Source of the DNA: an uncultured Eubacteriales bacterium
Lineage (GTDB): Bacteria > Bacillota > Clostridia > Oscillospirales > Acutalibacteraceae
DNA: 64,000 bases
Direction: 5' to 3'
Assembly (NCBI GenBank): GCA_900315465.1
Contig: OMZF01000101.1
Span: 18,181-82,180, forward strand
How positions within the stretch are numbered: position 1 is the stretch's first letter; each line of letters begins with the position of its first letter. The notes beneath the pieces were generated by a model, which saw only the letters and a program-made list of their open reading frames with translations, made no database searches and was not told the origin of the DNA. The translations under genes and the position numbers were made by a program. Positions 58,112-64,000 of this stretch are shown here, piece after piece.

Positions 58112-58918
58112 ATGAATACTAATATAAAAGAGGTAAAAAAGAAGAAACGCTCTCCTGCACTTCTTACAACGATATTGTTGTTGTTTTTGCTTATAGTTAT
58201 ACTTGTCACACTTGCGTTTTTCACATCGTTTGATGAAGTGACCAATGCATTCACAGGAGCGAGGATAGATATAATCCTGACCGAGCCGAAATGGAAACCG
58301 AATGATGCACTTAATATCGTACCCGATACAACACTTGACAAAGACCCGTATGTAACAAACAACGAAAACATTCCTACATATGTTTTTCTCAAGGTTACAG
58401 TACCGGCTGTGAAGTATAAGTATGATCAGAGTAGTGGTGCTACTCAGGGAAGTATGGCTTATGACGGAACATCTGCTTACGTTCCGATTTATAAGTTTAT
58501 AAATTCTGATGGTACAAATAACGAAGAAACTGATATTTCAAAAACAAATCAGAAAGTCAATGATGGTTGGAAACTGGTTTCATTTACTTCTCCAAGTACA
58601 GAACAAAATCCAAGACTTATTAATGGTGATGATTCAACAAAGGCAGCATATGAATATGTTTATTACTATTATGGCAGTTCTGCTGCAACCACAATAACCG
58701 CACTTGACCCACATACCCAAACAACAAAGCCCTTGTTTGATAAGGTACATTTGCTCAACTTCCGAAATTATGAAGCTACTACAAATCCATATAGCATTAA
58801 TCGTGATTACAGTATTACAGTTGAGGCATACGGTATACAGGCGAATTATCTTTCAGACGGCAATGGCACATTGACTACTAACGACCCTGAGAAAATATGG
58901 GAAATATTAAACAGCTGA
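58112..58918 (+). CDS. TasA/CalY/camelysin-like secreted protein with SipW-type signal-peptide motif (paralog 1)
   Basis: Basic N-terminus, TM helix, then AFFTSFDEVTNAFTGARIDIILTE. Later PTYVFLKVTVP, YEYVYYYYG, PLFDKVHLLNF and ITVEAYGIQAN follow the TasA-family strand pattern. RBS GGAG. Confidence 0.7.
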   Translation: MNTNIKEVKKKKRSPALLTTILLLFLLIVILVTLAFFTSFDEVTNAFTGARIDIILTEPKWKPNDALNIVPDTTLDKDPYVTNNENIPTYVFLKVTVPAVKYKYDQSSGATQGSMAYDGTSAYVPIYKFINSDGTNNEETDISKTNQKVNDGWKLVSFTSPSTEQNPRLINGDDSTKAAYEYVYYYYGSSAATTITALDPHTQTTKPLFDKVHLLNFRNYEATTNPYSINRDYSITVEAYGIQANYLSDGNGTLTTNDPEKIWEILNS

Positions 58919-58932
58919 AAGTGAGATGAACA

Positions 58933-59700
58933 ATGATGAAAAAGAAAAAGCAATTTTTTCGTGGCGTAATTATAGGCACAGCACTTATTGTTCTTCTGGC
59001 TGCAAGTTTAACAACATCATATCTTACTGACAGGGAAATAGCGTATAATATTGTTACCATCGGAAATGTTGAGGTAACTATTGACGAAACTCCTTTTGAC
59101 CCGACAAGCAGTTATCCGGCAGATGCAGGGACTGTTATCGGAAAAGCTCCTAAGCTTAAAAATGAAGGAACTACTGACGAGTATGTATTCATTAAAGTTT
59201 CAGTTCCGAAGAAGGAAGTTACTTTTTTGGATGAAACCACAGGAAAAAAAGATGGAAATACTAATCCAAGAACAGGTGAGATATTCAAACTTCTGACAAA
59301 TGATACAGGTACAAAGTTGACACAAGATATTAATAATACTGCTCTTACAGACGTAACTTTTTATTATCACAAAGGTGATAATAGTAACAGTGTTGACGGT
59401 TGGTATTTAGTTTATACTACCGCAGCAACGGTTAATTCTGTTGATTATAACGTCTACACTTTCGGTTACAATAAAAAATTGAAACCAGGGGATTCAACCA
59501 AAACTCTTTTTGACAAGATACAGTTAAAGAGTATTATTGACACGGAAGTAAAGGGAGATGTGTCAATCCAAGTCGGAGCGTATGCAATACAATCTGATGA
59601 ACTGAATCTTCCAGGGATTGAGAATGATTACGAGGGACATTTGTCTACTACAAATGTAGAAACAATATACAACATCGTAAAGAATAAAGGTGGGGTGTGA
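58933..59700 (+). CDS. TasA/CalY/camelysin-like secreted protein (paralog 2)
   Basis: TM helix, then TTSYLTDREIAYNIVTIGNVEVTIDE. GKAPKLKNEGTTDEYVFIKVSVP, TLFDKIQL and IQVGAYAIQSD. Confidence 0.7.
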   Translation: MMKKKKQFFRGVIIGTALIVLLAASLTTSYLTDREIAYNIVTIGNVEVTIDETPFDPTSSYPADAGTVIGKAPKLKNEGTTDEYVFIKVSVPKKEVTFLDETTGKKDGNTNPRTGEIFKLLTNDTGTKLTQDINNTALTDVTFYYHKGDNSNSVDGWYLVYTTAATVNSVDYNVYTFGYNKKLKPGDSTKTLFDKIQLKSIIDTEVKGDVSIQVGAYAIQSDELNLPGIENDYEGHLSTTNVETIYNIVKNKGGV

Positions 59701-59706
59701 TGTGAG

Positions 59707-60351
59707 ATGAAAAAGAAAATCATATTTGTTCTGAGCATCACAGTACCATTGATGATATTGCTTACGATTGGAATAACTATTGCATATCTGAGTAACAAAC
59801 CTGATGATGTTACAAATACCGTCAGCGTTACGGAGGGTAAAGTAAGTATAGAAGAATCATTTCCCGTAGTTTCCGAGCAGTCGATGAATAATGAATTTAC
59901 AAAAGAAGTTCAGATAAAAAACACAGGTACAACACCGTGTTTTGTGCGTGTGTTTGTTGATTTTTCGGATAGTACAATCCGTGATAATTCTAAAACTAAG
60001 ATTGTAAAAGCAGATGGAACTACTCAAGTAACTTGGAGTGAATTCATTGAGAATCCAGGAACAAATTGGGAGTATGTTTCAAATGACAATGATAAGCTCA
60101 ACGGATATTTCTATTATAAAAAAATATTAAATGTAGGGGGATCGACTGATTACCTGTTGAGAAAAGTTTTTGTAGATTACAGAGCAAATGATGAAGACAG
60201 CAATATCGACAAGATAACTGATTTTGAAATGATAGTGTATGCAGAAACTGTTCAGACAACTGAAATTACTACGGATGGAACGTCTAAAGTATATACTGAT
60301 TCAGATTGGAAAACCGCTTGGGAAAGTTTCCTTAAAATACCTACACCATAA
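59707..60351 (+). CDS. TasA/CalY/camelysin-like secreted protein (paralog 3)
   Basis: TM helix, then IAYLSNKPDDVTNTVSVTEGKVSIEE. KEVQIKNTGTTPCFVRVFVDF, YFYYKKIL and EMIVYAETVQT. RBS GGTGGGG. Confidence 0.7.
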   Translation: MKKKIIFVLSITVPLMILLTIGITIAYLSNKPDDVTNTVSVTEGKVSIEESFPVVSEQSMNNEFTKEVQIKNTGTTPCFVRVFVDFSDSTIRDNSKTKIVKADGTTQVTWSEFIENPGTNWEYVSNDNDKLNGYFYYKKILNVGGSTDYLLRKVFVDYRANDEDSNIDKITDFEMIVYAETVQTTEITTDGTSKVYTDSDWKTAWESFLKIPTP

Positions 60352-60360
60352 AAACAACAA

Positions 60361-60408
60361 AAAACCGCAGCCGTTGCTTTTAAAAGCAATAGTTGCGGTT
60401 TTTTTATT
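60361..60408 (+). terminator. rho-independent terminator ending the giant-adhesin/TasA-like unit
   Basis: AAAACCGCAGCCGTTGCTTTT / AAAAGCAATAGTTGCGGTTTT long stem with an internal mismatch loop, followed by a T-run. Confidence 0.75.
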
Positions 60409-60421
60409 TATTCGGTTTTGT

Positions 60422-60567
60422 AAAGATTCTTCGTCGCTACGCTCCTCAGAATGACATTTTTTTGAATAGCAAAGTAAAGCCGCCCAAATGTCATCCTGAG
60501 CGAAGCGAAGGATCTTTTAAATAAAGTAGTTATTCTGGAAAGATTCCTCACTGTGTTCGGAATGACA
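60422..60567. repeat. three copies of a ~30-bp REP-like element in alternating orientation
   Basis: AAAGATTCTTCGTCGCTACGCTCCTCAGAATGACA (60422-60456). TGTCATCCTGAGCGAAGCGAAGGATCTTT (60489-60517, opposite orientation). AAAGATTCCTCACTGTGTTCGGAATGACA (60539-60567). Confidence 0.8.
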
Positions 60568-60607
60568 GTGTACGGTCATAAAGTTCCACTCTCCAAACTC
60601 AACACTA

Positions 60608-62446
60608 TCAAAGGAGCTGCATTACTTCGACACTTCTTGCAATAAAGCCTTCGAGTTCGGCAGCGGAAAGTCTTCTCTGACTGATTGCGGCAAGGTCATA
60701 AATGTGACGGCAGATAAGTTTCTGCTGGTCATCCTCAAAACTTTCAAGCTTTTCAACAATGGGGTTGGCAGTATTTATAATAAGAGTTTCCTGAGCCTTG
60801 TCGTTATTGTCGCCGAAAATATTTCCGTAGATACGGTTCATATCATTGATACGTCTCTGGTATTCGTTGATGGTGATAATGGCAGGAGTACCCGTTGTTT
60901 TAAGTGACTGAGCCTTTATTTCAAGCTTATCCATACCGAGTGCGGTTTTGAAAATTTCGATAAGCTTATCATCATCGGGCTTTTCTTCATTTTCGGATGT
61001 TTCTTCGTCATTTTTAAGAACTTCATCAATTTCAGAGTCGATTCTTACGAATTTAACATCCTGTTCTTTGTATTCAAGGTATGTTACAAAGTGGGTATCA
61101 ATGTTATGTTCAAGGATAATAGCGTCAAGGTCATTATCTTTGAAAAGTTTTATATACTGAGCCTGAACATCTGTACTTGATACATAATATACTTTATTGT
61201 CATTAAGCTTTGGAAGCTCGCCAAAGGTCTTGAATTCATCATTTATGGTCTTGTAAAGGATAATATCTTTCATTCTTTCATAGAATTTGTCATCCTTTAT
61301 GCATCCGAATTTGATGAATGGTGAAATGTCATCCCAATAGCTTTCATACTCTTTTCTTTCGTTTTTGAATACGGAAACCAGCTTGTCGGCAACTTTTTTT
61401 GTGATATGCTTTGATATTTTTGCTACTTCACCGTCATTCTGGAGGAATGAACGTGAAACATTGAGCGGAAGATCAGGACAGTCAATAACACCTTTGAGAA
61501 GCATAAGAAATTCCGGTACAACTTCTTTGATATTGTCGGCAATATATACCTGATTTGAGAAAAGTTTGATCTCACCGGGCATAACCTGAAGCTTGTCGGT
61601 CTGCTTCGGGAAGTAAAGAATACCCTTGAGGTTGAAAGGATAATCAACATTGAGGTGTATCCAGAAAAGAGGAAGGTTAATGTCGGGGAATACTTCTCTG
61701 TAAAAATCTTCGTATTCTTCAACCGTACAATCCTTCGGAGCTTTGAGCCAAAGGGGATTTGTAATATTCACAGGCTTTTCCTCGGGCATTTCTTCTCCCT
61801 CGGTTTCTTTTTCATCCTGTACACATTTGAAATATATTTCGTATGGCATGAAATGACAGTATTTTTTAAGCACAGAACGGATTTTAAGTGTGTCACAGAA
61901 TTCCATTCCGTCCTCAGAAAAATGCATGATTATTTCAGTACCTCTGTCGGATTTGTCACAGTCATCAAGTTCATAGGTCTTTGAACCGTCACTTGACCAG
62001 TGTACAGCCTGAGAATCTTTGAGGTAGGAAAGAGTGTTTATCTCTACAGTGTCAGATACCATGTATGCTGAATAGAAGCCGAGACCGAAATGTCCGATTA
62101 TTCCTCCCTCAGCATCTGTTTTATCGCTGTATTTCTCGATAAAATCCTTAGCACCGGAAAATGCTACCTGTGTTATGTATTTTTCAACCTCTTCATCGGT
62201 CATACCGATACCATTATCCTTGACTGTAAGGGTTTTTGCATCTCTGTCAAGTATAACATCAATTCTCGGAGTTATACCGTCATCCTCAGCCTCACCGATA
62301 GAGCAAAGACTTTTGTACTTTTTAATGGCATCGCAGCTGTTGGCAACGATCTCTCTCAGGAAAATATCCTTGTCAGAATACAACCATTTTTTGATTATCG
62401 GAAACAGATTTTCCGAATCAACTTTGATTTGTCCTTCACGTTTCAT
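60608..62446 (-). CDS. htpG: molecular chaperone HtpG (Hsp90)
   Basis: LREIVANSCDAI, DNGIGMT and GHFGLGFYSAYMV form the GHKL ATPase N-domain. 612 aa. Confidence 0.95.
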   Translation of the reverse strand: MKREGQIKVDSENLFPIIKKWLYSDKDIFLREIVANSCDAIKKYKSLCSIGEAEDDGITPRIDVILDRDAKTLTVKDNGIGMTDEEVEKYITQVAFSGAKDFIEKYSDKTDAEGGIIGHFGLGFYSAYMVSDTVEINTLSYLKDSQAVHWSSDGSKTYELDDCDKSDRGTEIIMHFSEDGMEFCDTLKIRSVLKKYCHFMPYEIYFKCVQDEKETEGEEMPEEKPVNITNPLWLKAPKDCTVEEYEDFYREVFPDINLPLFWIHLNVDYPFNLKGILYFPKQTDKLQVMPGEIKLFSNQVYIADNIKEVVPEFLMLLKGVIDCPDLPLNVSRSFLQNDGEVAKISKHITKKVADKLVSVFKNERKEYESYWDDISPFIKFGCIKDDKFYERMKDIILYKTINDEFKTFGELPKLNDNKVYYVSSTDVQAQYIKLFKDNDLDAIILEHNIDTHFVTYLEYKEQDVKFVRIDSEIDEVLKNDEETSENEEKPDDDKLIEIFKTALGMDKLEIKAQSLKTTGTPAIITINEYQRRINDMNRIYGNIFGDNNDKAQETLIINTANPIVEKLESFEDDQQKLICRHIYDLAAISQRRLSAAELEGFIARSVEVMQLL

Positions 62447-62508
62447 TTTAAAATACCTCCGTTAAAATAAAAATAATATAAATTATCAGTGTTTATTTGT
62501 ACAGTGAA

Positions 62509-64000
62509 TCAGCTTTCACTGTTACCGGAAACACTGCGTTCCAGCCATTGCTGATAAGTCATAAGCACCTTACGGGGTTTAGCACCCTCGTGAGGCCCGA
62601 CTATACCCATTTGTTCCATTTCGTCAATAAGTCTGCCGGCTCTTGCATATCCTACACGGAAACGTCTTTGCAGCATTGATGTTGAAGCCTGACCTGCCTC
62701 AACAACACATTTAATTGCTTCTTCCATCATAGGATCAAGATTTCCGTCACCATCGTCAGAGCCTGAACCGCTGTTTTCGGCTACGGCACAGTTTTCGATC
62801 TGGTCAATTACACTGCTGTCATATTCAACTACTTTGGATTTCTTTATGAATTCGATAATATTCTCAACCTCGGTATCATTCACAAAACAGCCCTGAATAC
62901 GCACAGGTTTTGTTACACCGAGAGGTGAATACAGCATATCACCCTTACCGAGAAGTTTATCCGCACCGCCCATATCAAGAATTGTTTTTGAGTCTGTAAA
63001 GGTTTTAACTGCAAATGCAATACGGCTCGGAACATTGGCTTTTATAAGACCGGTGATAACGTCAACAGAAGGACGCTGAGTAGCTATTACAAGATGCATA
63101 CCAGCAGCTCTTGCCATCTGTGCAAGACGGCATATAGACTCCTCGACTTCTTTTGAAGCAGCCATCATAAGGTCTGCAAGTTCATCTATGACAATTACTA
63201 CCTGAGGCATTTTTTTGAGTTTTACAGGCTCTTTTTCAATATTCTCCTGATCGTCATTAAGCTCGGACTGAGCCTGAGCAAGCATTTCGTCTTCCTCAAA
63301 TGTACGGTCATTATCATTTGTTATGTCGTCATTATAATAAATTTCGGATTGTGCATTTTGTTTTTCGACATAGCGGTTATAGCCGTGTATATCACGAACG
63401 TTGAACTCTGCAAAAGTTTTGTAGCGGTTAAGCATTTCATTTACAGCCCAATTCAATGCACCGGCTGCCTTTCTCGGATCTGTTACGACAGGAACGAGCA
63501 GGTGGGGTATTCCGTTATAAACACCAAGTTCAACAACTTTTGGGTCAATAAGCAGAAGCTTTACATCATCGGGATTCGATTTATACAAAAGGCTTACAAG
63601 CATTGAGTTTATGCATACGGACTTACCAGAACCGGTAGAACCTGCGATAAGCAGATGCGGCATTTTGCTCAGATCGGCAAGAGTTATTTTTCCTGTAATA
63701 TCCTTTCCTAAAATAACTGTGAGGTTACTTTTTGCATTCTGAAATTCTTTTGATTCTACCAGATCACGCATTTTTACAGTAGATACGGTTTTGTTAGGTA
63801 CTTCAATACCTACGGCAGCTTTGCCCGGAATAGGAGCTTCAATACGCACACCCATAGCAGCAAGGTTCATTGCTATATCATCGGCAAGGTGAGTTATTTT
63901 GCTGATCTTTACTCCTGTGGCAGGCTGAAGTTCAAACCTTGTGACAGACGGCCCTTTACAGATGTTTACTATACTGGTCTGAACACCAAAGCTTTTAAGT
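62509..64000 (-). CDS. ftsK: DNA translocase FtsK/SpoIIIE (C-terminal motor and gamma domains; 5' end outside the window)
   Basis: Walker [10 protein letters not shown], Walker [13 protein letters not shown], gamma winged helix [21 protein letters not shown]. The frame stays open to nt 64000 (..[26 protein letters not shown]..). Confidence 0.9.
   Translation of the reverse strand, partial: LKSFGVQTSIVNICKGPSVTRFELQPATGVKISKITHLADDIAMNLAAMGVRIEAPIPGKAAVGIEVPNKTVSTVKMRDLVESKEFQNAKSNLTVILGKDITGKITLADLSKMPHLLIAGSTGSGKSVCINSMLVSLLYKSNPDDVKLLLIDPKVVELGVYNGIPHLLVPVVTDPRKAAGALNWAVNEMLNRYKTFAEFNVRDIHGYNRYVEKQNAQSEIYYNDDITNDNDRTFEEDEMLAQAQSELNDDQENIEKEPVKLKKMPQVVIVIDELADLMMAASKEVEESICRLAQMARAAGMHLVIATQRPSVDVITGLIKANVPSRIAFAVKTFTDSKTILDMGGADKLLGKGDMLYSPLGVTKPVRIQGCFVNDTEVENIIEFIKKSKVVEYDSSVIDQIENCAVAENSGSGSDDGDGNLDPMMEEAIKCVVEAGQASTSMLQRRFRVGYARAGRLIDEMEQMGIVGPHEGAKPRKVLMTYQQWLERSVSGNSES

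Noticed and set aside
60239-60454. 71-aa plus-strand ORF running across the end of the third TasA-like gene and through the terminator
   Set aside because: It is out of frame with the supported gene, crosses a strong terminator hairpin and a REP-like element, and has no RBS.

Overview
Low-GC Firmicutes chromosomal segment, Clostridia-like and a spore-former (pdaA and spoVAD are present). Nt 1-34,500 and 60,600-64,000 carry ordinary housekeeping genes: folC, an amino-acid ABC transporter, rsmI, maf, citrate synthase, plsY, pyrK-pyrD, ruvX, dnaE, htpG and ftsK. The centre (about 34.7-60.4 kb, 40% of the window) looks like one transcription unit. It starts with a single uninterrupted 23,232-nt ORF encoding a 7,743-aa secreted protein. 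By eye this protein has roughly 30 Cna-B-like domains and several SpaA-like Ig-fold domains, and I could find no cell-wall anchor. Three paralogous TasA/camelysin-like genes with SipW-type signal-peptide motifs follow directly; no sipW or sortase gene is in the window. Inside the giant ORF I see four further things: an unclassified ~80-100 aa module repeated 11 times and nested into Cna-B frames, a W/Y/N-rich non-repeat insertion, a CBM25/26-like segment nested in a SpaA-like domain, and an alternating domain super-repeat. A short REP-like motif family brackets the three-gene TasA-like cassette. Elsewhere there are two paralogous, apparently circularly permuted amino-acid-binding domains (one fused to its permease), a five-fold zinc-ribbon array with near-identical DNA repeats, a heptad ATTGCWN repeat shared by two unrelated promoters, and a TTCAAC direct-repeat array. 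I recognised no rRNA, tRNA, CRISPR, transposase or integrase genes. All calls come from reading the sequence and remembered family motifs; no searches were run.
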